Positions 44,120-56,885 are shown, numbered from the stretch's first letter. The stretch: DNA of 64,000 nucleotides from Tetramitus jugosus (GCA_937625935.1 OW569394.1:62001-126000), one strand, 5' to 3'. Numbers and translations are program-made. The notes: a model not told the origin generated them from the sequence alone.

Positions 44120-46516
44120 TTACAGATTGGCCTTGTACTTTATAAACCTTTGAAGATTGAGACGAGCTTCCTTTGCCCGGAAAATGACATCATTTGGCAC
44201 CTGTTTCATGTTTTGCTGTATTCTTTGTTGCATCAGAGAGACCAACACTTGCATTCTCTTCAACAAACCACTCTCTACGAGCACCTTGTCATAATGAACA
44301 TCACCATAGACATCAAAAATGGCATTCAATGTTTCACTGAGAACAGACAATGATGCATCAGACAATCTAGCACTAAACACTTGAGCCAACAGTTTGTTGC
44401 TGTCGAGACTGTGAGACAACTTTCCAATCTCTCCCAGGATACCAACCGAATTCATTCTCACTTGTTCATTCAATGTAAATGAACTCAATTCACCAAACAA
44501 CGGTGCCGACTGTTGCAACACTGTCAAATACTGTTGTTGTTGACTTTGCAAGACTTGTGATCTCAAAATGGTCCACAAGATACCAGTGAGCACATCAATG
44601 CGATCAGACAACATGTCCACTTGTGATTCAACAGCAGATTTCTTTTGTTTCTGTTGTTGTTGTTGCAATTGTGGCACCAGGGAAGCAACTGATTGAGCAC
44701 TAAACTTGCACAATTCAAATGACCAGTTCCACAGTTTAAGCACATCAAACTTTGCCAACAATTGTGCATCAGTCTCTAGCAAAATGTTGGCCAAGCAGTT
44801 CATTCCACGAGACAACGTTTCATTAATCTGAGTCAACTCTTCTTGAATGAACGCACGAGATGACTCCAAATCACCTTGCATGGACAATTGAATGCACTTT
44901 TCGAGAACAATGTGAAACACGTTGCTCTGCAATAAAAATTGAGCCAATTCTGGGCTCGTGGTCGCATCTTGACCATCCTCACCCATCTCCTGTTCATCAT
45001 TCATGTCCATGTCTACATCACCATTGTTATTATGACCAGAATGATTCAACATGGAGAATGCAGAGACAATATTGGCCAAAATCTCAAAACTCATCTTTTG
45101 TGAGCGAATGAGCATTTTCCATTGTTTGGCCTCAGGTGTCTTAATTGCCGTATTGTCCTCATCATCAAAATAATCCTTGAGCATTCTCTTTGAATCATCG
45201 TCCATGGACAACAAACTTTGCAATTCAGTTGCATCATTTGCATCCATCATATCACTTGCAGCTGCACCACCACCACCACTATTGTTTTCAGCAACAGAAA
45301 CAGAATTGGATTGATTTCTTGCTTGTTCTCTCTTGGCACACAATGGCAACAATGGAATCAACAATTGAATGGCATTGTTGTTGTTGTTGTTGTTATTGTT
45401 GTTATTCTGTTGCAATGTTAAACTCTCTTGAATGACACTTGAAAAAATGGAGTGAACACATTGGACGAGAGACTGCACAGCAGCTACAGAATTGCTCTTG
45501 GAATCATTGTCACTGTTCACCACCATGGACTGATAAATGTTGAACAAAATGGACGCACTCGTCACTCGTAAATGCAGATTATTCTCCGACTCTGAATTTT
45601 CTCCAATGTGTTTCACCGACATGAACGATTCAAACAGTGGGAGTGCATGACACTGATGAACCAACTGAGAGTTAAACAATGGATTCTCATCGGTCATCAC
45701 ATTCAAACACTGAATCGTAGTTTTCACCAGTGGCATATACTCTCTCGTACCCTCTGTTCTCAACAATTGAATCATGTAATGTGACAATGGTTGTTCCAAA
45801 TAGGTGGTTGATGTGAGTTTTTGAGTGGCTTGTTCACTGTTTTCACACAAGAAACTGAGAACAATCATGACTTGATACAATGTGTAGAGAGCTTCTTGTT
45901 TTTCATCTTCTCTTGTCATTTTTTGTTGCTGTTGATTGTTATTTTTCTTACTCGTGTTTTTTCTATCCGATTCTTCTCCCATTTCATCTTCAATATTTTC
46001 AACTACGACCTCTTCTTCTTCTACTACTACTTGTTGTTGTTGTTGTTGTTGTTGAGTATCAATGATTGTATTGTTATGATTTTGTATGACGATTTGAAAG
46101 GCTTGAACCAATGCATGAGAAATGGTCATCAACACATCTTGCTTGACCAACAATTCACACATGGATTCTCCGCCAACTACAATAAAATTTCGTAAAGCTC
46201 CGACAGCTGCACTCCGAACGGGTCGAAATGGATCCAACAATAGTTGAATCAGTTTGTGAACCACTTTGAGTTCGACCAATGCACCCACATGCTCACCAAA
46301 ATTTTCTAGAATAATGGATGAGAGACTGATGCATGCTTGTTCTCTCTCTCCTGCATTGACAGAGTCTAGGGATTTGACGACTGGCGGAGTAAATTTGGGC
46401 GCGGAAACAGAGTTTTGTTGTTGTTGAATGGCGTCGGAGAGGGACATGATGCCGACTGGGTTGGAGGACTCTTTGATGGTGGCAGAGTTTTTGGATCCTT
46501 TTTTCACTTTTCCCAT
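44120..46516 (-). CDS. HEATR3: HEAT repeat-containing protein 3 / Syo1 (uL5/uL18 import adaptor)
   Basis: Start MGKVKK; AAVGALRN, LSFLCENSEQA, LNVMTDENP, SFEILANI, ETLNAIFDVYGD and EARLNLQRFIKYK. Confidence 0.85.
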   Translation of the reverse strand: MGKVKKGSKNSATIKESSNPVGIMSLSDAIQQQQNSVSAPKFTPPVVKSLDSVNAGEREQACISLSSIILENFGEHVGALVELKVVHKLIQLLLDPFRPVRSAAVGALRNFIVVGGESMCELLVKQDVLMTISHALVQAFQIVIQNHNNTIIDTQQQQQQQQVVVEEEEVVVENIEDEMGEESDRKNTSKKNNNQQQQKMTREDEKQEALYTLYQVMIVLSFLCENSEQATQKLTSTTYLEQPLSHYMIQLLRTEGTREYMPLVKTTIQCLNVMTDENPLFNSQLVHQCHALPLFESFMSVKHIGENSESENNLHLRVTSASILFNIYQSMVVNSDNDSKSNSVAAVQSLVQCVHSIFSSVIQESLTLQQNNNNNNNNNNNAIQLLIPLLPLCAKREQARNQSNSVSVAENNSGGGGAAASDMMDANDATELQSLLSMDDDSKRMLKDYFDDEDNTAIKTPEAKQWKMLIRSQKMSFEILANIVSAFSMLNHSGHNNNGDVDMDMNDEQEMGEDGQDATTSPELAQFLLQSNVFHIVLEKCIQLSMQGDLESSRAFIQEELTQINETLSRGMNCLANILLETDAQLLAKFDVLKLWNWSFELCKFSAQSVASLVPQLQQQQQKQKKSAVESQVDMLSDRIDVLTGILWTILRSQVLQSQQQQYLTVLQQSAPLFGELSSFTLNEQVRMNSVGILGEIGKLSHSLDSNKLLAQVFSARLSDASLSVLSETLNAIFDVYGDVHYDKVLVESGLLKRMQVLVSLMQQRIQQNMKQVPNDVIFRAKEARLNLQRFIKYKANL

Positions 46517-46786
46517 TTTATGCTTTGGTTCGTTTTGATGATGATTGTTGTGATGATGGTGGGCTGAGTGTTTTTTGGGTTTGAGCGTTGCTTTTTTTTT
46601 GGTGTGAAAATGCAAATTTCGGCGCTTCCAGGATTTCATTGAATGTTCTTGGTTTTTTTTTTTCTGTGATTTCATCTGACTGCCGACGAGACGTTGTTGT
46701 AAGAACTGTTCCATGTTGAGAACAAGAGTGCGGTAAAGATTTGTTGTTTGTTAGTTTACAAATAATGGGATTCAACATCATCATCT

Positions 46787-48106
46787 TTAAGCACTCTGAT
46801 CCATCATTTCACCACTGCTAGTTGCTTGTTGTTGTTGTTGAACAGATTGATTGAACAGTGCATCCTTGGTCACTTGAGTCACCACACCAGTCAACACCTC
46901 AATGGTCAACTTGACTGAATCCTTGTGAATTCTGCTCAATTCAGTCTCCTTGGTAGTTACCTTGGAGGTGGCACTGGACTGTCCACCACTAGATGTGCTA
47001 CTGGCAGCTGAATTGTTGTCATTGGCCAACAAGGCTGCTGCACCACCACTGCTGCTGCTGCTCACTACACTGAATCGATTGGCTCCACCTCGTCCAATCT
47101 CACTCTCCGCCTTGTCCATCTTCTTTGCCAAATCAGAAATTTGTTGATTGGTGTAGAAACGGTTGCGCACCAGTGGTGAACTACTCAAAATGTTGATCCA
47201 ATACTTGTTCCACAACAAGTTCAACAGACTAGTGTCGCTCGATGACTTGAAAAATTCAATCTCGAGTGGATAGTACTGATCGTGATACACACCAAAATCT
47301 TCAATCTTGTCCATTGGTATCGACTGATATCCGTCCATGCTCACAGACTGAGAAGAAGATGATTGAGTCTGCTTGTACCCTTCTGGAAAAGTCCGAAAAG
47401 CACCCACTTCCACTTTTCCAGCAGACACTGTTCTCACTGGATCAATCACAACGGCCAAGAATGGATCTTGATACTTTTGATTGGTGAGTTGTGTGTTGAC
47501 ATCGATACCACTCAACCAACAACCGTAACCAGGATGAGAGTGATACCAACCGACTACATTTTCATTTCTACCGCATTGTTCACTGAGACCAACGTATTGA
47601 CCCATGTATTCAATGGCTTCGGCACCTGCATTGACACGAGTTTCCGTGCCTTCGACTGGTAGAGCAAACGAGTCCAACACAATAAACGTGTCTCCTTCAA
47701 TCTTGCCTTGCATCATGCCCATGACTTCGAGTGGTTGACCCTTGGTGGCATGCATGGTCATTTTCAGAAGAGCCAGAGCAGACATTTTCACTTTTTTAAA
47801 GTAGTGTGGACTGATGATAGATTGATTTTCAAATAGAGCAGAAAAAAAAAATAGTCCATTTTGTTTTTTTGTATTGATTTTTTTGGTTGTTGTTGGGTGA
47901 TTGGTTGATTGTGTGTCAGTCATCAAAATAGGTATATAAAAGTGTATTCGAATAATTATCATAATAATAGTAGAAAAAACATACTCTTGAGACCATGGTC
48001 TACTGGAGAGAATGGCACTTTGTTTCTCAGCATCATACTTGTAGATTTGATCACTTTCAGTAATGTTGTTTTCAATTTCCCATTGTGAGAGAGCAGAGGA
48101 AGACAT
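46787..48106 (-). CDS. COPS5: COP9 signalosome subunit 5; in-frame intron 47811-47984
   Basis: JAMM motif [43 protein letters not shown]. Splicing restores RPWSQDPHYF. Confidence 0.97.
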   Translation of the reverse strand: MSSSALSQWEIENNITESDQIYKYDAEKQSAILSSRPWSQEYVFSTIIMIIIRIHFYIPILMTDTQSTNHPTTTKKINTKKQNGLFFFSALFENQSIISPHYFKKVKMSALALLKMTMHATKGQPLEVMGMMQGKIEGDTFIVLDSFALPVEGTETRVNAGAEAIEYMGQYVGLSEQCGRNENVVGWYHSHPGYGCWLSGIDVNTQLTNQKYQDPFLAVVIDPVRTVSAGKVEVGAFRTFPEGYKQTQSSSSQSVSMDGYQSIPMDKIEDFGVYHDQYYPLEIEFFKSSSDTSLLNLLWNKYWINILSSSPLVRNRFYTNQQISDLAKKMDKAESEIGRGGANRFSVVSSSSSGGAAALLANDNNSAASSTSSGGQSSATSKVTTKETELSRIHKDSVKLTIEVLTGVVTQVTKDALFNQSVQQQQQATSSGEMMDQSA

Positions 48107-48412
48107 TTTCTATTTGTTGTTCGTTTGTCGTTTGTTTGATTTTTTGTGTTTTTGACTGTGTTTGCTTTTTTTTGGGCGAGTTCGGTTCCTTGTTGTAATT
48201 GTTCTACTGATCAAGTTCTGTGAAGGGTCGGAGTTTGAGTCAGGCGGACGAAATACTTTGAGTACGACGATTTGTGATTGGTTGCGGGACAATAAGGACT
48301 TTTCATGTTGTAAACAGAAGTCAACCTGTTAACCTTCCTTCGTTCGAGGGACAACTTTTGAAGCCAACAGCCAAACAATTTTCAAACACAAATAATTCAA
48401 TCAATACTTTCC

Positions 48413-49537
48413 ATGTTCAATCACTACCCAAAGGCTCTAATCGTCACGTTTCTTTTTCTCATCTGGACTCTTGTGGTTCATGCCCAAGAAAAATCTTGCC
48501 CAGAGATCTCCTTCCAAGACAAAGATGGAAAAACTCTTATGGGTGTATCTGACTGCTACGAACGAGGTGCAAAGTTCTTGAGAGGGACTGTCTCTGTAAT
48601 AGAGTATGAAGCTGCAATTTTGTCCAACAATGCTTACGCTGATGACGAGAGTGCTGTGGCAGCAGGATGGAAGTTTTTCAAGACAATCAGAGATGGTGAT
48701 GACAAGAGAGTGAACTTTTACAAGAATGATAAACAAAAGCGGATTGCTATTTCGTTCATGGGAACCAACACCAAAATGGATATGGTGAAGACCAACATCA
48801 TGAAGGGTATCTTCTCTGGTGAGTTCTATGGTTTCAAGGTTCATTCTGGGTTCTTGTCCAAGTATCGGTTCTTTCAGACACAAATTCACGATTACGTAAA
48901 GGAATTTGAAAGAAACCACAAGGATTTTAAATACTTGATCACAGGTCATTCCCAAGGTGCAGCTGTGGCCAATCTATGTGCTTTTGATATCATCAATAAT
49001 CTAGATATTGAAGGAAGTAGAGTGGATTTGATCACTTTTGCTGCTCCTAGAACTGGTTCCAGGGCATATAGTTCTGTTATGAATCGAATAGTTACTAAGA
49101 ATATTCGCTTTGTCACTGGTAGTTCCTGCGCCAAGTCGAGTTATGACCAAGCGAACAACAAAGAATGTGTTCTAGCCGATGATGTGACTACGGTTCCTCC
49201 CAGCTTCTCTGGTTACAAGCACAATGGAGTACCAAAGTACCTTCATGTTCCAAACTGCAATTCTGGAACGTGCCATAGTATGGAATCGTATATTAACAGC
49301 TTGCAATCTCATCGTTACATAGAAGCAGATCGATGGCTAGTACCGAAATGGATCGTTTTTACGTTGGTACTAGTGTTGGTTGTCAGTTGTGCATTGTGTT
49401 TCAAGTACTTCGATGTTATTAAAGCGCGCTGTTTGTGTCTGTGTGCTTGTTGCTGCAAATTCAAGGGCACTGGGAAGGTACTTGCCAAAGGAAAGGAACA
49501 CCAGGAGGTTTGTACTTCCAGAATAACAACAGTGTAG
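48413..49537 (+). CDS. Class 3 lipase with signal peptide and C-terminal TM segment
   Basis: ISFMGT, VHSGF, ITGHSQGAAVA, TFAAPRTG, DDVTTVPP and CHSMESY. Confidence 0.9.
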   Translation: MFNHYPKALIVTFLFLIWTLVVHAQEKSCPEISFQDKDGKTLMGVSDCYERGAKFLRGTVSVIEYEAAILSNNAYADDESAVAAGWKFFKTIRDGDDKRVNFYKNDKQKRIAISFMGTNTKMDMVKTNIMKGIFSGEFYGFKVHSGFLSKYRFFQTQIHDYVKEFERNHKDFKYLITGHSQGAAVANLCAFDIINNLDIEGSRVDLITFAAPRTGSRAYSSVMNRIVTKNIRFVTGSSCAKSSYDQANNKECVLADDVTTVPPSFSGYKHNGVPKYLHVPNCNSGTCHSMESYINSLQSHRYIEADRWLVPKWIVFTLVLVLVVSCALCFKYFDVIKARCLCLCACCCKFKGTGKVLAKGKEHQEVCTSRITTV

Positions 49538-49824
49538 GTCCGGAATGTACGTAACTTTCGTTTTGGAAAGATAGAATCATATAATCGACCAGGGAATCAA
49601 CCTTCCCATTCCGAATCGGAATCGTTACTTACCAAATAAACACCTTGTCCGCATGTCGGATAGCGCAACAACTTTATCAACCATCATCCCGACGTTGGTC
49701 GATGTCATATCACATAATCACTACTACTCTTCCCTGACTTCAATTCTTCACCAACCAAATCACTCCTTTCCTCACACTCTTCTTTGTACTATTCCTACCT
49801 ATTCTTCACCACCACCATCACCAC

Positions 49825-50118
49825 ATGTCGTCCAACATTCAAGCTACACGTGGAAATCAAGTCAATTCACTCGATAGAGGTCAACAACCACTTGTGAACA
49901 ACAACGTTGTCAAGTATAGAGACAAGTACGAGCTCATGATGTATGTTCAACAATGGGTGATTATATGTTGGTTAGTATTCAGTGGTTTCGCTATTCTATT
50001 GAGTTTGTGGTACTTTACTCGCAAGCTTTGTTCTCATTGGTCAAAAGAGGGTCAGAAACTGCGTCGCAAGAGAGAGGTTTTATGGATGAATTCAACGGTG
50101 GACATTGGTACCGTATGA
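49825..50118 (+). CDS. Small single-pass membrane protein, copy 1
   Basis: 97 aa, one TM segment; paralog at 50707 of identical length. Confidence 0.6.
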   Translation: MSSNIQATRGNQVNSLDRGQQPLVNNNVVKYRDKYELMMYVQQWVIICWLVFSGFAILLSLWYFTRKLCSHWSKEGQKLRRKREVLWMNSTVDIGTV

Positions 50119-50179
50119 AGTGTGTGTGTTCAAACAGAGAGATATCCGTCTCGTACGTTTGATGTTTGCGTCATCAACT

Positions 50180-50390
50180 TCGAAAATAGGATGTCAAAGC
50201 GAGCTATACTAGAATATGAAGCTGTGTACTGTTGGTCAATAATGCTTACATTGATGACTCAGAGAGTGCTGTAGCAAAAGGATGGAGGGTTTTCAAGACA
50301 ATCAGAGAAGGTGATGACAACTTTTACATGTATGATACAAAAGCGGATTCCTATTTCGTTCATGGGAACCAATACCAAGATGGATGGATG
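50180..50390 (+). pseudogene. Truncated, degenerate copy of the lipase gene
   Basis: NNAYIDDSESAVAKGWRVFKTIREGDD matches NNAYADDESAVAAGWKFFKTIRDGDD; followed by deletions and frameshifts. Confidence 0.8.
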
Positions 50391-50706
50391 TTCATGTCGA
50401 AAAGACAATGTATCTTGTTAACTTGGCTGTTAGTTGTATGGACCTTTCTTTTCAGAAAAATGAATCATTTAATCGACACAGGAATGTACATACATTCAAC
50501 TTTGGGAATCGGAATCGTCATTTACCTAATAAAGATCTACCGCATGGCTGATAGTGTCTTCACCCATCATCCCGAACGGGCGTCAATGACTTCCGACACT
50601 GAAGTCGAGTTTAAACCGTCCTTACTGTAATTCTTCACCAACCAAATCACTCCATTATATTCGCACTCTCCTTGGTATTATTCCGGGCTCACTCTTCTTC
50701 ACCTCA

Positions 50707-51000
50707 ATGTCGTCCAGTATTCAAGCTACACTCGGAAATCAAGTCAATTCACTCGATAGAGGTCAACAACCACTTGTGAACAACAACGCTGTTAGGTATA
50801 GAGACAAGTACGAGCTCATCATGTATATTCGACAGTGGATGGTAATTTGTTGGTTAGTGCTTAGTAGTATAGCTATTCTATTGAGTTTGTGGTACTTGAT
50901 TCGCAAGTTTTATTCTCATTCGTTGAAAAAGAGTGATAAGAAACATCGCAAGAAAGAAGTGTTGTTGATGAATTCAACGGTGGACATTAGTACTCTGTGA
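50707..51000 (+). CDS. Small single-pass membrane protein, copy 2
   Basis: Colinear 97-aa paralog of 49825-50118. Confidence 0.6.
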   Translation: MSSSIQATLGNQVNSLDRGQQPLVNNNAVRYRDKYELIMYIRQWMVICWLVLSSIAILLSLWYLIRKFYSHSLKKSDKKHRKKEVLLMNSTVDISTL

Positions 51001-51533
51001 CTTGTTACAACAGAAAGTACCTTGCTCTTGGTGGTGTACCGCTCAAGTATTTGGATTGGTATTGGGTTTGTCAAACAAGAGTATTGAACTCGAATTGTGA
51101 GCTGTGGACTCGTGAAAGTCTAGATCAAGATCAGTGAATGAGATTCAACTCATGCTCATGTTTCATACTCGCGTTTCTCTTTTCTACATGTACTTGGTGT
51201 TTCAAATATTGAGACCCAGCTCGCTTTGAGCCTATTCACGAATGGTTGGTGGTTGACTCAAACATCAATTTCGAGCTTCGTAGTGCGCACTGTTCACCAT
51301 AAACACATAAGAGCTCAACAAGAAAATTCCCAGATCGTTTCTCCCAATTGGAAGTCTGAGGTCCAGGTAGAAAAACTCCGTTCATTTTGCATTTTCACTT
51401 CCCGAACAAGCAAAAAAATCAAAAGATATCTATTTGTCAATGTTCGAATGAATTCATTCAACAACAACAACAACAACAATAATACCAAACAACAACAAGT
51501 CAACAAACAAGACAAACAAACTTATCATCATCA

Positions 51534-51694
51534 ATGAGTGATCTTCACAATAACAACATCAACATCAACAACAATGATAATGAGGATGATGACATGATAC
51601 ACCTCATTGTTGACAACAACCATAGTCATGATATCAATGGTGAAAATGGTGGGGAAAAGATTGAAAATGAAACTTCAATCATTCCACTCTTATC

Positions 51695-51725
<31 letters not shown>

Positions 51726-54485
51726 AATAGCAATCATCATTTCTATATTGAAAATTATTATCATTACAAACAAAAGAATCACAATCTGAATAACCATTTG
51801 GATCCAATCGATGATGATGATGATGAAGACAGTGAAGCAGAGAACAGAGAAGAAAAAATTCGAATCACTGCCGAACGAAAACGTTACATTCATATTTTGG
51901 CGCGCAAACACGCCCGCATGAAAATTCCCGCTCTTGGTTCCAACACCAAGAATACAAAAAAATCATCATCATCCACCACCAACAACAACAACAACAACAA
52001 CAACAATGATGAAGAATCAAAAAACACTCATCACCCAACAACAACACCTCCAACAACAACAACAACCATTGTAGTAGAATCATTAGACTATGTCGTACCA
52101 GACAACATTCCCCACCGACTCGCCATGAGAAACAAATCACATCGATCTCATCACGTGGACAATGTTCGAAAATGGCTCACATCATTCCTCATTGGTGTGT
52201 GCACTGGTCTCGTTGCCTACCTCGTTCACACACTGATTGACAAACTGTTCGAATACAAATTCCTACTCGTCTTCCAACAATCTCTCAAAACTATTCATTC
52301 ACGCTACGCAGTGTACACTGCATACAATACCATTCTCATCCTGCTCAGTAGTACACTATTGATTTATTTGACTCCTCATGCCATTGGTAGTGGCATACCT
52401 GAAGTCAAGGGCTACTTGAACGGTAGTCGCATACCCAAGTGTTTCAATGTGACAACACTGTTGGGCAAAGTAGTAGGTGTGATTGCATCTGTGGCAAGCA
52501 GTCTGCCCGTTGGACCCGAAGGCCCCATGATCCACATTGGTTCATTGATTGGCGGTGGACTCGGAGAATTTCGGAGTCGGACAATTGGATGTGCATTGCC
52601 AATGATGGAGGATTTTAGGAATTCGAGACAGAGACGTGATTTTATTAGTTTGGGAGCGGCATGTGGTGTCAGTGGAGCGTTTGGAGCGCCCATTGGTGGA
52701 GTATTATTTGCATTGGAAGAAGTGAGTTCGCATTGGAGTCAAAATTTGACTTGGCGATGTTTTTTTGGTAGTATGATTGCATGTTTCACAATGAATTTCT
52801 TCTTGAGTGGATTGTCGATTAGTACGTACATGCGCAGTTTTGTTCTGTTTGAAGTGAGTTCTCCCGATGTGGGATATCGATTGTATGAAATTGTGTTTTT
52901 TGTGTTGATTGGAGTGATTGGTGGATTGTTGGGTGCACTGTACACGTCCATGGTCATTGGACTCAATCGATTGCGAAAGAGGTTTTTGAATCGGTTTGCA
53001 TATCGTCGATGGATTGAAGTCGTATTGTTTGTTGTGTTGTTGAGCACTGTTTGTTTCTATGTGCCCATGTTGAGTCACTGCAAGACGAGACCTAATTTGA
53101 ATTCTTCTTCTGCTGCTTCTGCTGCTTCTGCTGCTTCACTGGTTGGTAGTAGTAGTAGTAGTAGTAGTGGTCGTGGAAATGCAAGTCTTGTGACACTTGG
53201 TAGAGGTATGGGTAGATCAAAGAGTACAAGTGGTGATTCACCGAGTAGTGGAGGGGAGAATGATGATCAAGGAACAGTGTCCTACACTTGTGGTGTCAAT
53301 CAGTACAATGAACTCGCAACATTGTTCCTAGTCAAGCAAGAACAAACAGTCAAACATTTGATTAATCGAGGTTTCAATCTAGAGTTCTCCATGGGTACCT
53401 GTGTCATTTTCACATGCATTTACTTTTTGGGATCGGGATTTGCGTGTGGTGCTGCACTCTCCAGTGGTCTCGTTGTTCCCATATTGCTCGTCGGTGCAGG
53501 CTATGGTCGATTCATTGGCCTGTTGGTTCAAATGTTGTTCCCATCCATGAAGATTGATCCAGGAGTGTATGCACTGATTGGTGCCAGTAGTTTTATGGGT
53601 GGCGTATCTCGTATGACCATATCCATGACTGTGATCATTGTTGAAATTACCAATGATTTGCAATACTTGTTCCCCATTATGCTCGTCACCATGATTAGCA
53701 AGTGGACAGGTGATTTGTTTACTCATCCACTGTATGACATGTTGTTGCAGTTGAAGGATGTTCCCTATTTGGAGAGTGAGCCTTCAGTTGTCATGACAAA
53801 GCTCAAGTGCAGTGATATACTGGCTCAAGTCTCACCATTGCTTGCTACTACGACAGTGGTACCACCAAGGTCTTTGAATTATGGTTCCATGATGGTGAGT
53901 GGTGGTGGTTTTGGTGGTGGTGCAAGTGAGAGTGGTGGAGGTCATGTGATGCCTGGTGCCAATGTTCACGGCGTGGTCTGTCTCAGAGAAAACATGGAAA
54001 CCGCACAGAAAATTGTCTCCATTTTGGCAGAGTGTGATCACAATGGATTCCCAGTGGTGCGCGAAGAAGTCAATGGTGATCAAGTGTTTGTCGGTATCAT
54101 CTCCAAGAAGCATCTGCTCGTTTTGCTAAAGTATGCAGTGTTGAAGAATCGAAAGCACTTTAGTGAAAAGGAGTTGAATCGCATTGTCAATGGTCCTCAC
54201 ATCTTATTGCACAAGGTGTGTAAAAAGTATACGGAGGCACATTGGAACAAGGTGATTGATTTGAGAGAGCTCGTCAATTATTCGAGCTTGTGTGTCAATC
54301 AAGAGTTTTCTGTTGATTTGGCGTACGAGTTGTTCCGAAGTATGGGATGTCGACACTTGGTGGTTGTCAATTACAGGAATCAAGTCGTGGGCATGTTGAC
54401 TAGAAAGGACTTTATGGAAGAACGATTGGAACACATTTATCATCGACTGAAACAAAAGTGGGACTATGAAAAGAGATTTCATTGA
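51534..54485 (+). CDS. CLC chloride channel / Cl-/H+ antiporter (ClC-6/7-like) with CBS domains
   Basis: GSGIPEVKGYLNG, GPEGPMIHIG, AFGAPIGGVLFALEE, GGVSRMTIS and CBS motifs HNGFPVV and FRSMGCRHLVVV. Confidence 0.95.
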
Positions 54486-55308
54486 TAAACAAACACACAC
54501 TTGCCCCAGCCTTTTGTTTGTTCTTTTCTATGCTATTCACTGTCCTTCGCGTCGCTCAAACGACAAGACGTGAATATTGGATTGTTCGTTCACATTCAGA
54601 TGTCGAATTAAATGACCACCTTAACTCTCCTTCTTGGTGGACTGCTGCGAACGATCGCGGTAACATATTGAAACCCACAACTACCAATTTGGGCTCAAAA
54701 CTGACAGCCACTTTTCCTTTCCAAATCTAAATAACTCTCTTTAATCGTATCAAGATTACTGTCGAGTAACTAACATAGATATTATAGTTATTAAATCCAC
54801 CGAAAATGTATTATTCCGCTAACATTACATAATACCAACTTATTTGTCATTAAATATTTAAAACATATGAATTAATGTAGTATCATTAATTAAATGGTTT
54901 AAGTTTATCAATGGAAACACAACAATAATTGTGGGTTGCATCGAGTACTCGCGTTGACCCTGACGATTGGCGTTTGGTTCTTCTGCCTGCCAGCAACGGA
55001 AAGGTCTTTGGTTGCTCCGCTATGAGTGCAGTTTTAAAACGGTTTTGAGATAGTGGGTCATAAAAGGGTCTGACACTCTCAATGAGGAACAAGGACAGTT
55101 CTCATCTTTTATGGATCCCATTGGGTGCGAACCACTTGCTCGATTGGGCACCAAATCTCTAAGCATACCCACTGAAGTACATAGGAAAATAACCCCTCCC
55201 GGCATTTTCCTCCTCCAATCGGTTCAGCTCCCCCCCACCATCACACAAGGGACACTCAACGCTAGATAGGGTTTATAGCACACACACACCAACCAAGAAG
55301 AAGAAGAA

Positions 55309-56730
55309 ATGAAGAAACGCATCGCATTCCTTGCTCTTGTCGTTGTTTCTAGCTGTTTCATCTACATGATACTGTATCAATGGGAGATGAACATTTTCAA
55401 CAATGGTATAGAACAAGAACGCACAGTTGATGGTACTCCTCCCCTCATGATGTCTCACACTATTACTAATGATTCTACAACAACAACAACAACATCAGTT
55501 TATATCCCATTTGGTGTCTATCGAACAGGCGATGTGCCATACAATGAATTGGGTGAATCGATTCGTTGGGTACCTCTCACAACAACAACATCAACAACAA
55601 CAGCTACATCCTATATGAAACAACTAACAAAGTTACAACCAGTAGATATTCGTCCATTCTTGACTACTACTGTGCAACAATTATGGATTGAGAATGGAAG
55701 AGAACAATTGAAGGCCAAGTACAATATTCAAGGCTTCTTAATGTACTTTCCATCATCTGGTCTCAGTAATCAACTCATGACATTTGAATCATTGATTTAC
55801 ACTGCATTGATCACTAAACGTATCCTTGTGATTCCACCATTGATGAACTCTCATACCAATCACTTTCCATTCAGAGTCAATGATTGTGTCAAGAGCTTGC
55901 AGAGTAGTACTAGTACTAGTAGTAGTACTGATAGTAGTTTAGTAACCACAACATCAAGAGGAAATTTTTATTATTATGATGATTCTTGTAAAGAGCCAAG
56001 TATTCAATTCGATCGTTACTTTGATTTGATTCAACCAAACAATGGAACTCATGTGTATGAAGGACCACCTCTCCTTTTCATCTATGCCAGAGATTATGTA
56101 CAATTGTTTAAGAATGAAATGAGTAGTGTGGCAAAACATGGCATACCAGATGTGGCGTCATCAACATCTTTGCACAGAGGATCCTTCTATGTTCAGACAA
56201 GATTCACATGGGATTATAACTTGTCGTACGATAAGGGATCTACATTGAAATGCAATGACAATATAAAGTCAGAATTGAAGAGAGTTCTGTCCATTCTAGG
56301 CATCACATCCTTTATTGGAGTGCATCTGAGGAGAGGTGATTACAGGAGTCACTGCCATTCATCTGTTCGAGTTCATCCAATGTGGAAAGATACGTATACT
56401 CCAACGAGTTGCTACACTCCCACGGACAGTGTGATTGAACAAGTGGAATCACTAAAGAACACATTCAACATTTCTAATGTTGTGATAGCACACAATGAAA
56501 ATGATGATCATTTCCGAAAACAGATGAAAGAAAAGAGGTGGACGTTGGAGGATGAACTATGGAAGCATCTTCAGGCCAAGAAGAACCCAGAACAGATTGT
56601 GTTTCCTATTCACATTCAATGTCTCATGTCTCTTGCAGAACAGTTCATTGGGAACTCGTATTCTTCATTCTCAATGAGGATACGGGTGTTGAGAAAGTTA
56701 TCTGGCTTGTCTTCCATGTCATTTGTATAA
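55309..56730 (+). CDS. O-fucosyltransferase-family (GT-B) type II membrane protein
   Basis: N-terminal TM anchor; GLSNQL, IGVHLRRGDY and FIGNSYSSFS motifs. Confidence 0.85.
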   Translation: MKKRIAFLALVVVSSCFIYMILYQWEMNIFNNGIEQERTVDGTPPLMMSHTITNDSTTTTTTSVYIPFGVYRTGDVPYNELGESIRWVPLTTTTSTTTATSYMKQLTKLQPVDIRPFLTTTVQQLWIENGREQLKAKYNIQGFLMYFPSSGLSNQLMTFESLIYTALITKRILVIPPLMNSHTNHFPFRVNDCVKSLQSSTSTSSSTDSSLVTTTSRGNFYYYDDSCKEPSIQFDRYFDLIQPNNGTHVYEGPPLLFIYARDYVQLFKNEMSSVAKHGIPDVASSTSLHRGSFYVQTRFTWDYNLSYDKGSTLKCNDNIKSELKRVLSILGITSFIGVHLRRGDYRSHCHSSVRVHPMWKDTYTPTSCYTPTDSVIEQVESLKNTFNISNVVIAHNENDDHFRKQMKEKRWTLEDELWKHLQAKKNPEQIVFPIHIQCLMSLAEQFIGNSYSSFSMRIRVLRKLSGLSSMSFV

Positions 56731-56885
56731 ACTAGATAGACTCCTTGACGAGTTAGTGACTTGAAATAAACACTATTTATTGATCCTTCGATCTGGCCAC
56801 ACACAAACAAGACTAAATAGAAAATACACATCATCAAGAAGAACCATTCGTTTCATACAGTCTCGCCTATCCCTTTATTCTATGA

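Noticed and set aside
51534-52070. (AAC)n tracts as repeat elements
   Set aside because: In-frame poly-Asn/Thr/Gln tracts, common throughout the genes of this window.
40360-54946. Shared 12-mer GTTGCATCGAGT before two possibly structured intergenic regions
   Set aside because: A 12-mer match is expected by chance in a window of this size.
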